From Podarcis erhardii (lineage: Eukaryota), in the NCBI GenBank assembly GCA_964252035.1, contig OZ176203.1: a stretch of 64,000 nt of DNA, one strand, 5' to 3'. Below, piece by piece: positions 1 to 13,483 of this stretch (the stretch's first letter is position 1; every line of letters begins with the position of its first letter). The notes under the pieces were generated by a model. It was given only the letters and a program-made list of their open reading frames with translations, made no database searches and had not been told where the DNA came from. The translations under genes and the position numbers were made by a program.

Positions 1-72
1 AGACTGATCGGCGTAACAGAAATAGAAAAAGGCTCCAGCTACGGCAACCAAGAATTCAAGAAAAAGGAATAA
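1..72 (+). CDS. AGPAT3: AGPAT3 (1-acylglycerol-3-phosphate O-acyltransferase 3), 3' end of last coding exon (partial)
   Basis: Frame 1 reads RLIGVTEIEKGSSYGNQEFKKKE* (TAA at 70-72), which matches the recalled human AGPAT3 C-terminus including the KKKE ER-retrieval motif; AGPAT3 lies directly upstream of TRAPPC10 in human. Confidence 0.95.
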   Translation, partial: RLIGVTEIEKGSSYGNQEFKKKE

Positions 73-3000
73 CTTCACAGATACAGTTCCAAACATATAA
101 CAAGACTATGGTATCAAATTAACTTCATTGAAAGAAAGACACTTAGAAAACTTATCTTTTTTTTCTTATTAACTGATAACTACTAATACTTGAGCCAAGA
201 CTGAAGAAATTGGAAGATTCAAGAGGAAGAGGAAACAATTGACTACTTACCTGCCCAAGGATCCCTGTGTTCATAAGTTTGGGGAGAAAAAAATATCTGG
301 GCTAATGTTTTGTTTTATTTTTGGCTTTCTTGTGGGTGGGAGGGGGAACTAATGGGTGTAGCTACATGCATCTTCAGATAAACTGGTTTGTCTTTCAAGA
401 GTACAACACTTGCTCGCAAGAGGAGCTACTGAATGTTTCTTCTTGCTAAAACTAATTTAATATTTTCTTATTCATGGCATCTTTTTTTTTAAAAAAAAAA
501 ACAAGTAAGGCAGCATGAATTGCAGCAAAACACAATTTCCAGTTGACTAACAGCTGCTCCTCGAGGAGGAAGCAGTTTGGAAAAGCTACTTCATCTTTGC
601 AGATGTTTTATTTTTAGGTTAATATTTATTCATTTCTGTACACCCGTGGCGTTCCAATGGCAGCAGTACCTGACTGATAAGCACATACTTTGAACAAGGC
701 ACTAGAATTAATGCGGTTCCAGGCTTCCCTACTTGACAAACACATTCCTTACCCCTCATGCACTCCCAGCTGAAACAGGGATGTGCTTAGCTCAGTTTCC
801 TACATAGATCTTGGACTTGCTATTTCTTTCTTTAAAAAAACAAAACAAAAAGCTTTTATGACGACCCTGAAATTATTACCAGTATGACTATTGCTGCTCA
901 GTCATTTCATCTTGGCAGTACTACCCCCACTGCAAAAAAAAAAAAAAAATCTGTTCTCAGAATCTCCTGTATGGCTTGTGGTGCAAAAACAGCATAAAAC
1001 AACAGAGAAACCTGGAAAGAAATTGTATTCAAAAAGCTACTAATTGTAGTAGATAACATAAGGTTGGTACTGTACCTCTGCAGCCTTCAGCACACTTACT
1101 TGGAAGGAAACACTACTGATTTCAGGTCAAAATTTCTTCCAGGCAAATGTGTTTAGGGCTGGAATGTCAGTTTGCCTACATTATCACGGGATATTGCCAG
1201 CTCATCCAGCAATCAATGAAGCCTTTATATAAGGTTCAGACTTATTGAGGATTTTCTGCTGCACATTAAGAGCTACCGGTTTGGTTTCAACAATCTCTGG
1301 CTCCGAAAACACACATAAGAGCTAAGTAGAAAGGTTCTTGATGTGGTGGCTGCCCTCAGTCACAATGCATTGAGGTTGCTTCCCTGTGGAAAGCCATTTG
1401 TTTGCTTGACATAGCCTTCAAGCCAACCATGTTTTGACTGGCACAGCACCTCTAGGTTTACTCCATATAATGAATGTTGTAGGTGAATGACTAGTCACAA
1501 AGTCTCCCTTCAGATACTGTTTTGTGCGCAGCTGCTTTTAATAGGGCTTTGCAAATTGATTGCTGCATCTCGGAAATATTTGAAAGCATATGGCAGTGGC
1601 ATATATCATCTTCCAGTGCTGGGACCAAATTTTGCAATCAGATCCGCACCAAAAACACACACACAATACAATAGGAATTAAGCTCTATAAATGGGATTCA
1701 AAGCAGAATTGGGCCCCCACTGCTCTTTACGATGTGATAGTAATACACACATCCTCTCATAGCCAGGGGTAAATGTGTGACATCTTACTTTCCAAATGTT
1801 AGCATTTTAAATTATTCTTATTCCTCACTTGCAGGAGCTCGTTTTGAGAATACTTTTATGTGCAACTTGCCACTCTGAAGTTTGGAAAGATTCTTTGCGG
1901 AAACGGCTTATGTTAGCTTTCTCATGCTGATGAATGTTTGCTTAGGGATTTCTACGTGAAAGGTTTTTGGAATTGTCCTATGGAGCCATGATCAAAACAA
2001 CCAATATCCAAACATGTAGAAAATGGCATGCAAGAGAATGGTTCATGCAGCTAGAACACTGCGCTACCTGTTCCTATTTCTGCAGAGACAAGCCATTTTT
2101 CAAATAAAGCAGTTGCTTGCCTCTTCAGTGAGGGAACTACTATTGCAGAAAAAGATCTTCATTGGCTTCTTAAGTCACAGCCCACAGTATCCATGAATTT
2201 TGCTTTCCCCCAGCATAACATTGTACTGTCAGTCCCGGAATCGGTAAGCTACGCTTCCTGAAAGGGGATAAAATCTACCCTGACTGTAAGGGCAGACAAC
2301 TTATTAACTTCATTGGAAGTTGAACCTGTGCTTCTTGGGGAGAATCCAGCCATGACTATTTTTTACTTAGTAAATATATTCTGCTTTTTGTTTTGTTTTT
2401 AAACAGACAGCTGAGCAGAGAGCTTTCCTCTCTGTTATCTAACCAGAGGACTGAAGAGGCAGGATTGTGTTTTTTAAAAGTACTTGGTAAATAACACTTC
2501 CTTGTTGGAAAGGTTTTTTTCTTTCCTCCGTTTAACAGATGCTGTATAATTGCTTTCTGAAGAAGATGTTGAATATATTTTAAATGCACTTAATAACAAA
2601 AACTAAGTGGGAAAGTCCCCTGGCTGTGCATTACTTGTGAGCAAGGAGTTCTGTATTGATAGATAAGGCCAGACACTGTAACAGAATTAAGTGGGGGGCA
2701 GGCGGGGGTCGTGCAGGAAGAAAGAAACATTGTAAGGAAGCAAAGAGTGTACAGATCTGTTAAAATAGGTGTCCAGCCTCCACTTAGCGCAAATGGCTCC
2801 TGCTAAAAGGTGTTGGGAGTACTGCATGTACATTATGGAGAGAGAAAGCAGATGTTTTCCTTCTGTTTTGTTTTCATATCATGACATATTGATCATATTT
2901 TGTTTTTGAAGACATAGCAAAGTATACATTAATTTGTTTGCAGTTTTAGAAAGACATATCCGTTTTGAAAACTGAAGTGTACAACATGGCACAATCTAGT

Positions 3001-3270
3001 ACATGGCAGCTCATCTTTTTGGCTTGAAATTTTGGTTTGTCTCTTCAAATAGTTTTTTATATAAATATGCAGAGTACATGTGAGAGAGTATTACTGGAAA
3101 CAGCAGTAAGTGTGTCTCATGAAGAATATCAAGCGGTTTGGGTTGGAACAGTGAGCATAGATTTTATACCTTACACTATTTTCTTCTGGTTTAATAGAAC
3201 ATAGCTTGTATATTTGACTACCAAGCCCTTTGAGAGCAATAATAAACAAAATATATCATGAACTTTTTCT
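73..3270 (+). other. AGPAT3: Probable AGPAT3 3' UTR ending near polyadenylation signal AATAAA at 3241-3246
   Basis: AT-rich, repeat-poor sequence after the stop codon; AATAAA at 3241 is followed by a strongly U-rich tract (~3263-3300). The end point is inferred. Confidence 0.6.
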
Positions 3271-4696
3271 TTTTCTTTTTCTTTTGGTCTTTCTTCATTA
3301 TTCAATTTTAATCATTATTAGAATGTGGCAGCCGTTTCCCCTTTCCTTCCATTGTCAGCACTCCATTTGTGTTTTGATGTATTGGATTAAAATATAACTT
3401 TTAAATGCATAGGCTGGCATCCAAAGACCTGCTTGAGATACATTCAAGAGCTTGAGCATGCCCCGTGAGGTTGGTTTGTTTTTCATTTTCCACAGCTGAC
3501 ACAATGCCATATTGCGCCTCTTCCTTTACCTTTGACACCTGAGATGTGTGCTTTCAGGACCCACCCTGGGACCTGCTGGCAAAGGGCAGGTAATAAATAC
3601 TATTATTATTATTATTATGAAGAAGAAGAAGGAGAAGTAGCCAGAGGGAGTCTTGCAACACAGCATTGAGGGAAAGGGGTTCCTGCTCATCAAGAAACAC
3701 ATTTAACCTTATTCTTCCACCAGGGACCATACCAAACTACCCACAGAGTTGTTTGGATCTGTGCCGTTTGCTGCAAGCCATTCTGCCATTAGGTGCTCCA
3801 AAATTGTGTTGGTTTTAATGGGCCTTACCTATAAGTTGCATTGGCTCCAGGCTAAGTTAGTTCCTCTTGAGATCCATGGGACTGGAGTAATTAGCTTGTC
3901 TCATTTAATTGTATTTTACCTGAAATTGCTCTGGAAGAAGAGCAGTAGCCCAGAACGTGTAGGGCGCATTACGTTTCTTGCCAACTCCTGTTTTGTTTTC
4001 AATGACAGAACATCGGCATTTGCTCCATTTTCATGATACTGCCAATTTACATAGATGCCAGCCTGCAGCCAGTGGGATTTTGTGGCAGATCAGGAATGCT
4101 TCCTGGTCTGGTGTTGGCATTCAGTCCAATCTGCTTCCTACCTGCTATTAGCTCCCAAGCTAAGAGGTAAAATTGCCCCACCAAAGAATGTACTGAGCAG
4201 CAAGAATACAACATTTTGGATTTGGTCTTGCTAAATAGTTTTCCGGTCGCTCACACGGTGGTGACCAAAAGGCATGGTTTGTTCCATCACTGTTTGTACT
4301 TTATTGTGCCCTTTTGTTGGTCTTCCTCTGATTTGTGTCCTGTTTCCATTCCTCATGTTGCTGCTCCTGTAGTCTCTTCAGCCTCTGGTTTCCTCTTCTT
4401 TCCCCTTCCATTTTGCTCTCTTTCTTTTCTCTCAAGCTTTAAAGCTTTTGCTTCTTAAACATAAAGCTTCCCATACTCTTCTTCCACCCTCTCTTCTTTG
4501 CTTCTCACCATCCCCTTATTCATTCATTCATTGCTGCCAGGCTTCCTAAACCTAGAATCGCTTCCTTTTCTCCTTTCTGTTTGTTTTAATTATTTCGTTT
4601 TTATCCCACTCTTCACTGAAGGAGCTCAGGGCAACAAACACTGTTTCTCCCCAGTGCAGAGATTTAAGCTGAGAGTAACTGGCTCAAGGTCACCTA

Positions 4697-5344
4697 AGCC
4701 ACATCCACACCATATGTTTAAAGCACGACTACCACTGGGTGGCGCTGTGGGTTAAACCACAGGGCCTAGGACTTGCTGATCAGAAGGTCGGCGGTTCGAA
4801 TCCCCCGACGGGGTGAGCTCCTGTTGCTCGGTTCCAACCTAGCAGTTCGAAAGCACATCAAAGTGCAAGTAGATAAATAGGTACCGCTCTGGCGGGAAGG
4901 TAAACGGCGTTTCTGTGCACTGCTCTGGTTCACCAGAAGCGGCTTAGTCATGCTGGCCACATGACCCGGAAGCTGTACACCTACTCCCTTGGCCAATAAA
5001 GCGAGATGAGCACCGCAACCCCAGAGTCGGTCATGACTGGACCTAATGGTCAGAGGTCCCTTTACCTTTTTTATACCACTTTTAACAGCCGTGGCTTCCT
5101 GCACAGAATCCCAGGAACTGTAGTTTAAGGGTGCTGAGTTGTCAGTGGGTCTCTATGCCCCTTGCAGAGCTACAATTCTCAGAGTTCCCTGGACAGATTG
5201 TTAAACCACTCTGGGAGGAGAATAAGGGTCTCCCTACAACCCTCAGCACCCTTAACAAACTTCAGTTCCCAGAATGCTTTGGGGAAAGCTAAGACTATTA
5301 AAATGGTATAATAGTGCTTTGACTGTATTGTGTGGGTGTGACCC
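4697..5344. mobile_element. Palindromic non-autonomous DNA transposon (MITE), interrupted by a Sauria SINE
   Basis: Left arm (ccacatccacaccatatgtttaaagcac...taccacttttaacagccgtggcttcc...gaactgtagtttaagggtgctgag) is the imperfect reverse complement of the right arm (ctcagcacccttaacaaacttcagttccc...gtgctttgactgtattgtgtgggtgtg). Confidence 0.75.
4737..5073 (+). mobile_element. Near full-length Sauria SINE (tRNA-derived)
   Basis: Pol III A/B-box-like head (gtggcgctgtggg...ggttcgaatccc), typical body (gcttagtcatgctggccacatgacccggaagctg) and tail ggtccctttaccttt; TACCACT direct repeat at 4730-4736 and 5074-5080. Confidence 0.9.
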
Positions 5345-6864
5345 TAATGAGCTTCATGGAGGCATAGGGATTAGAATCCAGTTTTCTCCAGGCTTGGCCA
5401 AGACTCTAGCCTTACTACACTTTGACTCCCTGGGCTCTTTCACTGGCTGCAGCCAAATTCTAGAATTGAATCCTGAGGTTCTTTCTCATCATTTAAAACA
5501 TATCTAAATATTCCCGTAGCCTTTCAACTCTCCCTTCCCCCATTTGCCTTTCCTTTTGTCGGAGAGTTTTAGAAACCAGCTTGCAAGTAGGGGTGTACCT
5601 GATAGCAAAGCGACAACTGACACGTTACAACTTCCTCATTCTTTTATTGACCTTTTATTTCTTTTGATGGTACTAAGAACAAACCGGTACGTTTTTAAAC
5701 AAATCGTTTAAATAAGCAATTAGTGCTGTACTGCGCAATTAGGACTGCAGTCCTAGATCCACTTCCTTGGGAGTAAACCCCTTTGAACTCAATGGTACTG
5801 AAGACACAAAGGTTGCTCTGTGGGAAAGAATCACACCTGTCTTCTCTCATACCCAGAATGTGCTGCTGTGACTAGCTCCTATATTGCACTGTGTTCTGCA
5901 AGATAGGCAAAGGGTAGAATGTGATCTCAAGACACCTGTAGATAAAGAAAGGGAATGGTGTAGGAAGAAGCAATGTCCAAAGCCTTGGAGAACACCTACA
6001 ACTCCCATCAGCCACAGCCAGCATGGGCAATAGTTGGGGAGCTGTAGTCTAGCTACACTTGCAGAGCCACAGAACCAATGTCAATTTGATGCGGTAAGAA
6101 CTAATGTTTCCCCTTCACCCCATTGCTTAACAACTAGAAAGCTGGGTGTCCCATTGTCCAGCACCTTACAGCAGGGCTTGGGCTGACTTAAGTCTTGAGG
6201 GATCTGCTTACTAGGATTCCCGTGACCCCCTAATAATGCGTTACAGCAAGAGGACATGCCATTATTTGAAACGGACGAGCCACAAGTAATCTGCAATCCG
6301 GAGTGTGCACTCTTGCTTCAGAATATAAGAAGTGCCTTGCTGGATCAAACCTAGCTCATCCTAGGTTTTGAAAATCCCAGCAGATATTAGAGAAATTGGG
6401 CATGGTCTCAATGTTTCCAGGACAAAGTGCTCTCTCTCTTACTGCAGTACTTGTTGACGCAAAGAGGAAACATTTTCCACATCGTGTTTTGAAGCATAAG
6501 CCTTATGTTGGTATAAGATCTTTTCAATAATGTTTGTTGTGCAATTTTCAGCAGCTGCCAAAACTACATTATCAATGTTTTTATTTTAAATTTGTATTCG
6601 TCAAATGACAACCGTGCTTTAAATTCCAAAGAATGTAATTTCAATAAATCACATTTGTTCAAGATCTGCAATTCTCACTGGAAGTAACTAATGAGAACAG
6701 AAAGCTGCAGCAGTTCCTGTTACGTTTTTGTTTGATCGCATTCACTGGATTTTTACTTTCCTTTGTTCCCTTTGTAATCCCACCCTTGTTAACGGAAGCC
6801 CTCATAAGTAATGGGGGGCAAGCAGGGGGGAAAAATATGCACCTTGTACTCCTTAGCATTTTTA

Positions 6865-6954
6865 CAGTGCAATCCTAGGCGTGTCTACTCAGAAGTAAGA
6901 CCCATTGAGTTCAGTGGGACTTACTGCATGGTAAGTGTGCATAGGATTGCCGCC
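6865..6954. mobile_element. Short palindromic MITE (gcaatccta...taggattgc); related copies near 5745, 15540 and 19707
   Basis: Terminal inverted repeats visible; several related copies in the window. Confidence 0.65.
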
Positions 6955-8349
6955 TTGGAATGACTTATGACTTCCTTGTAAAATTGGATCAATTTTATCA
7001 TGTCTATATCGTACATCCAAGGGGCTGGAGCTGAAACATGTTGATGAGATGAAGGCCATTTGGTGAGTTCATAGCAGAGGCCAAGATTAGATAACTTCTG
7101 TTTCATAGCTCAGCCTCTTTACCACTATTCTACACCAAGCAAACAACAAGAATACATGAGGGTAAGTATTAGGGATTTGCAACTGCTCCGTATCAGGGCT
7201 GATTTTACCATTCCCTGGGACAAACTGTGATGTCAACAAAGCACCATGACTTCACAAAGCTGCTTGTTGCTCTGCCACTCTGTTTTTCTGTATTCTGTTC
7301 TATGCAGTATATATCTATGTTTTCCATGTCTCTCACTTCTCTCTACTCCAGGTCTGTGGGCTGGGCAAGAAGTGAGGCTTTCTCAATTCTGCCTACAGAG
7401 CGCTAGAGGAGCTCTGGATTATTGTGGTTGGAGCAGAGCAGTAGAGGGTTTTTTTTTTTAAAAAAATTAAAGCTTCATTTAACAACATAAAAAAAATAAT
7501 TTGTTTTTTAATCAATTGTCTCCTGCCTGCTTGAAAACAAAAATCCTCTGCATTGCAAGGTGGATGTCATACTCTCCCAACACAAACAAGCACTGGGAAA
7601 GCTAAAGTGACCAGTGCAAAGCTGTGAGTGTGTTTTCTCTTAAGTACAAGCAAGAATACACAACACTTGCCCATATATCATTTTAAAATAGGAAAAAGAA
7701 CCCCACTCCTGAAAGTATGAAACTCAAATAGATTGTTGAAGGTGGCCTAAAAGGATATTGCTGTCCCTTTTATTTGCAAGACCCTTTTATCATTCCCTTG
7801 AACCTGCAATTTAGTAGGCTTAATCCACTTGATGCCTGCAAATTTGATAATCTTTTGCAAAAAGGGGGGGATGGGGAGTTAAAACTGTTTTTGGGTTACC
7901 CATAAGAGTGATTGGGGAACACAGAGCTTTATTTTATATAGTGCACTTGGGAACCTGAATTGCATCTCAAAGCACACAGAAACTTGGAAACATCATTTTA
8001 AAAAACCTGCACGGAGACAAGACCCATCTTCAAACCCATGCACACCCCCATAAAACAATTTACATTAGTCATCTAGTTGTCTTCTTAGATGCACTCATGC
8101 TCACTTTCCTTTGCAATGATAAGGTCCATTGTCTTCTTCACAAATGTCAGCCGCCTCTTCCAGATTTAATGGTCTCAGAGAAGACATTATTTCAAATTGC
8201 AACAGCATGAAACCTGACATATGCAACAGAGTTCTCTTTGTTTTACGGACAAAAATGCAATGGGAACAATATAAAAATGTTAAGATCAGAAATCGGCTAA
8301 CTCTTATGGAGAGATGTATTCTTAATCACCTGCATAAGCCTGACTGCAT

Positions 8350-8945
8350 ATAAAGGTTTTCAGCAGGCATTTAAAAATTGGCACAGTCTGCTACTGGCAG
8401 TGTCTTCCACAGGACTGGGTCAATGACACTAAATGCTTAGTTTCTTGTTTTTGTCAAACAAGCCTTGCCAGCTTGCGGAATGGCCAACAAGGCTTCAGCA
8501 GTTGATCTCTGTGATCAAGCTTGGACCAAAGTTGCTCAGGGCTTTGTAGATTAATAGAAGGACCTTGAACCTGGCTCAGTAGTAGACAGACAGCAAATGC
8601 AGATATTTTAACAATGGTGTCACATATTGCTAGCCAGCTGCCTTCACCAGCAACCTGGTCACCATACTCTGCACCAGCTGACACTTCAAAGCCAAAACCA
8701 AGGGCATTCTACATTGCAGAAATCCAGCCTTGATATTACCAAAACAAGAACTGCAATGGAAGGACTATCTCTCCAGCTTGCCAACCAGGTGAAGCTGATA
8801 AAAGGCCCTCCTAGCCACAGGGGGCACCTGGACCTCTGATGTCAAATATGTAGCTACCCCCAAGCCATGCACTTGCTCATTCAAAGAGAGTGCAACTCCA
8901 TCTGGAATGGGTAACCCGACTGTCTCCCATAGAGCAGATCTACGC
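8350..8945 (-). mobile_element. Decayed L2 LINE, ORF2 C-terminal part
   Basis: Minus-strand translations give DGVALSLNEQVHGLGV and VARRAFYQLHLV, motifs of squamate L2 ORF2; frameshifts and deletions present. Confidence 0.8.
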
Positions 8946-11108
8946 ACAAGGAAAGAAGCAAAGGTACAGGAACGGAAGACCTTCTCACACCACAAATCTT
9001 TCCTGTCTCACCCAACTCCCAAGCCTCTTGGGGAGTCCTGAATAGCAGGGGCTGGTGACATGGGGAATGGCAGAAAAGTGGAAGAAAATATTTCCAAATC
9101 AAGCAGAGGTACCTTGAACGTTCAGTGGAGCTCCACTCATCCGAGGTGCTGCCTCTGCCTGGTTTGCGGTAACTGCCATGTACATGCTATTCTGGACTGC
9201 ACTTGAACCTTTTAGGGTATGCAGGAAATATTTTACAATTTTGTTTTTTAAAAAAGTGTTCTCCTCCCCCTCCCTTTCTACTCCCCTTCTATTGCCATGA
9301 TCTAAACTCCAGAGGCCACTGCATGCCTAGACCAATAGATGGCGATAACAAACTGTGTAATATCACCTGCTGATCTACTGCTAGTTGTTACATAGGGAGT
9401 TCTAAGCAGCTGTTGGTGCCCAGGTAGAAAGTTTAGGTAGGAACACAGAAAGCCACTTCCTCTTTACACATCCAACCCCCGACTCTCTACACACAGAGAA
9501 CATTTCTTTGTAAGGGCATGTAGGCATGAGGTGCTTGATACAAATGGAAGCTCTTATCCTTCGTGCTCCTGTATCACATATACAGCTATGCATTGGTACA
9601 AGAGGGTGCTGGGCACTGTTTGCACTGGCAGCTAAGGAAGAGAGAGATGGGAGAAGACAACAAATCTGCCTGCCAATCACTCCCTCACTACCCTGCTGAT
9701 GTTGAGACCCATGAGTTTTGTCAGGGGGACCAAGAAGTGGAGAGAAACACCAGGTGCAGCTTATTGCTGCTACCTCCTTTCTCTTTCTTTTGCTCTTTTG
9801 CTGCTGTGGAAAAGGTGTGGGAGATCCATTTCTGTGGATGCTTGTGGGCAACAATTCATGCTGCTCAGGTTGAGAGCCTGGATGAGTTGAAGAGTGGTGG
9901 TGAAAGGTGTTAATGTTGCTCCAAAGCCACAGAGTGAGGGTCGATTGGGGCAAACTGAGGCCTCTTCATGTGAGACAGATTGCTAAGACCATTGGTTGTT
10001 CAACCTTGAATGTTAATAACTGTAGCTAAGCTGCTGAGCTGGTTTCACACATGATGCTAAGGCACAGTTTAATAAACCATGGTTTAGTGTTATGTATGAA
10101 CCAGGCCAATGTAGACAATACTGAGTTAGATAGACCAGTGATCTGACTTGTTTTAAGGTAGCTTCCCATATTCCTATGTTACCTGTGAAAGCAATGCATC
10201 AGTTATTGCTACAGTAATGAGAGGTAGAAGGAAACCTTTTAATTATGGAGTCTTTCAGGGTACAATATCAACAGCCACCTCAATCGCATCTCCATTTCCA
10301 GTTGCTGAAGCTGCCGACTGCTACAGACTGATCTCCCAATTTGGCTATAGAAACCTTTTAAGATGTGGAAGTTGAAATGACTAACAGAAGAGGACACTGT
10401 TCAGCCCAGAGTGTTTAAGACCACAAGGTTTGCATGTGTGGCTTTAATTTTTCTTCTTCACAGTCAACTTCTCACAGACCACAAAGAGCTTGGCAACCAG
10501 AAGACAGTTACAGCAGCCCAGCAAATAGACCACAGGAACCCTGAGCAGAATAAGAAACAGAACAAATGTTCATAGGGATGTATGATTTTTAGTCATAGCA
10601 ACCTTCTTTGATCTTAACTTAGCTGAGGCAACACGTGAGAGGAAACAAATTTGTGCTTAACAGATTGTGCTTTTTAGGTATTTTCCACATGCTCCTCTTC
10701 TTCCCCCTTTTTATCTGAAAGCTGCAGCAACATATCTGCTCAGCTTTCTGAGGGTAGAATTATTATTTAAAAGATGAGATTGTATTTGTTTTGCATAATG
10801 ATTTTATTCATAATTTATTATGAAGGCCTGGGTCGTTCTCAACGCAAGATCAATAAACAAGCTCAAACTAAAATGCTCCTTGGCAGCATTTTAATATCTA
10901 AAAACACAGCAGAATGATGTCTTCCCATCCAAACCTTTCTCCTAAAGTTTGCTTCCATTCCTCACAAACTGATAATATATGCTTACATAAGGAGGGATAT
11001 GTAATAAAATGTTACAGTGCGTGCAGGGCCTCCTGTTTACTGTCCCAATCTGTTAGACACACCCTCGACCTGCTCTGTTCAATTTTCCTTCCTAAGTGGT
11101 TTTCCAAC

Positions 11109-11185
11109 CCTCACCCCAACAACCATGTGAGGTAGGCTAAATTCAGAATTGGTGACCAAGGTCACCTAGGGAGCTTCATGCAGCA
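11109..11185 (+). mobile_element. CORE/MIR-like SINE fragment
   Basis: caacaaccatgtgaggtagg...gaccaaggtcacctagggagcttcatg resembles the CORE-SINE central domain. Confidence 0.5.
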
Positions 11186-13220
11186 GCGGAGCAAGCCAAT
11201 CGGGTGCCTGAGGCGGCACGACTGGGGGCGGGGCCAGCCCCCTGTGGGGGCGGGGTTAGCCACCTGTGGGGCCTCAGAGGAGTCTGTCTGCCTCCTCCCA
11301 CTCAGCTGCCCTACAGCTGAGGGGGAAGCAGCGGGTGGACCATTTGGGGAGTGCAGAGCCTGGGGGCGCCCAAGCCACTGCATCACTCCCAGAAGAGACG
11401 TGTGGCTCGGGCATGCTGCAGGCCCCATGGTGAGTGCCACCCACCATTTTGTCACCCCTCCTCAGTGGTGACACCTGGGGAGCCTGTTCCCACCGCCCCA
11501 CTTCCCCGCCCCCAACTTCATGACCAAGTGGGGATTTGGAGCCTGGTCTACAAGCTAATGCTTTGACACTACCCCTGGCTGTAGAAGGAACTGCTGAAGT
11601 GGTCGAACAAGGCTCTTTCCTGGGTTAATGCCTTAGCAAAGTCTTTTAAGCATCTCTGCATGGCTAAAGGGTTTGCCAAGTACAGGTGTGTTGCCATAGA
11701 AACTACTAGCTATTGGTGCTTCCAGAAGAAGGGGCAGATCTTGCTGCCCACCCCACAATTTCTCTCATTTACTCAATTCTATTTTATGCCCTGTATCTCT
11801 CACCCAATGTATCATAGCTGATTTAACCAGTTCGTCTTTTGTCTCCCATCAAGTCACCTTCTTTCTAAGGAAACCCAACCTGTGGTGTGCTGGCACCAGG
11901 GCGGCATGTCCTGTTCCATTTCACCGCCTGAGGTGAAACAGAAACATGCCACACTTCAGTGTCTCCGCGGCCTCCCTTATTTGGTTGTGTGGCTATACCC
12001 AGCAAGTTCTCTCAGGAGTTCTCTGAAATCTCATGCAATCTTGATGAGATTTCATAAGATTTCAGTGAGCTCTTTCTGTTTCTGGCACCACTTCTCCACC
12101 AGTGGTGGTGGTGGCGGCGGCGGCGGCAGGGCAGGCAAGGCACCCATGAGGGGGACCTTTTGGGCTTCCACTAGCCAAGGTGGCTACCTCAATTCACCTC
12201 ATGGGTGGAACAGCCCCGGCCTCATGGGTGGGATGGCCCCGGCCGACAACCTCTGAAGTCTCCCACTGCTCAGAGACTGAGGTACGTGTAATACTGATGT
12301 TAGAAGTAGGATTGTGTTTCTTGGAACAGGAACTGTGAGCAAGCTGTGCCTGAGCTAAGGTGAGAGAGAAACAGCAACAATCCTGGAACAGATCAACTTG
12401 ATGTTCCAACAGCTTAAAAGCATTGAATTGAAGATACAGCAGCAAGCAGAGCACCAAACGCAGATGATGGAGTAGCTTAAAAGTGGTCTTGAACAGCAGA
12501 AGCATTACTGAGCAGCAAATGGAGCTGCAGAACCAGAGACTGAATAGGTCATGCCATCAGATTACGGGGAGCCTTGAAGAGGGAAATGGCGACCTCGGAT
12601 GTGAGTTTATGAAGACTCTTAAGTTCACACATAAGAGAGCTTTGCCTCTTCAGCCTCTACAAAAGGTTGAGAATGACCCAGAAGCTCAGTTGCAGAGTAC
12701 TCAGATGGGGTGGCTAAGGAGATCAAAGGTAGCTGGAAGGCATAAAGATTGGAAGTCAGTTGTGGAGAAGGAAGAGACTTTGACTATTTAGGAGTCTGCA
12801 AATGGGTAGCAGACAGAAGGAGTAGAAGCCTCAATAATGGGAGAAGAACAAGCAAGAGATGGAGGAAGCAAGTGCCACAGAGAGCACTGCAGACACACCC
12901 AGAGCACATCCAGACTGCCCCCCCATCCTATAACAATATTCTGTTTACTTTTCAGCTTTTTAAAAACAATTTTTACCTGCATACTTACTTGTGTATACAC
13001 TTCCTTTTATACCAGGTCTTGCATGCTCTTGCTTAAAACCCTTATTGATGGTTTTATCAGCTTCCACCAAGTTCCCGGGAACTAGCACTCCCCCCAAATT
13101 ACATTTCTTCTTTGAGAAACAATTTAAGACCTTTGTGTGGGGGAGGTAGTTGCTCATATTTGATATGATGCTGAAACATGAAGTGAAGCTGATTTGACCT
13201 CTTTGGAAGTTACCCAGAAT

Positions 13221-13483
13221 TACCGTATTTTTTGCTCTATAAGACTCACTTTTTCCCTCCTAAAAAGTAAGGGGAAATGTGTGTGCGTCTTATGGAGCGA
13301 ATGCAGGCTGTGCAGCTATCCCAGAAGCCAGAACAGCAAGAGGGATTGCTGCTTTCACTGTGCAGCGATCCCTCTTGCTGTTCTGGCTTCTGAGATTCAG
13401 AATATTTTTTTTCTTGTTTTCTTCTTACAAAAACTAGGTGCGTCTTGTGGTCTGGTGCGTCTTATAGAGTGAAAAATACGGTA
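13221..13483. mobile_element. Tc1/mariner (pogo/Tigger-like) MITE
   Basis: TIRs ccgtattttttgctctataagac / gtcttatagagtgaaaaatacgg flanked by TA target duplications; same family as 52375-52746. Confidence 0.85.

Noticed and set aside
934-948. A15 run as a possible poly(A) tail of a retrocopy or as the AGPAT3 mRNA end
   Set aside because: Genomic A-tract with no TSD and no AATAAA just upstream; more likely an internal-priming artefact site.
9402-9953. 183-aa minus-strand ORF with overlapping plus-strand ORFs
   Set aside because: No recognisable domain or convincing splice context; not supportable as a gene.
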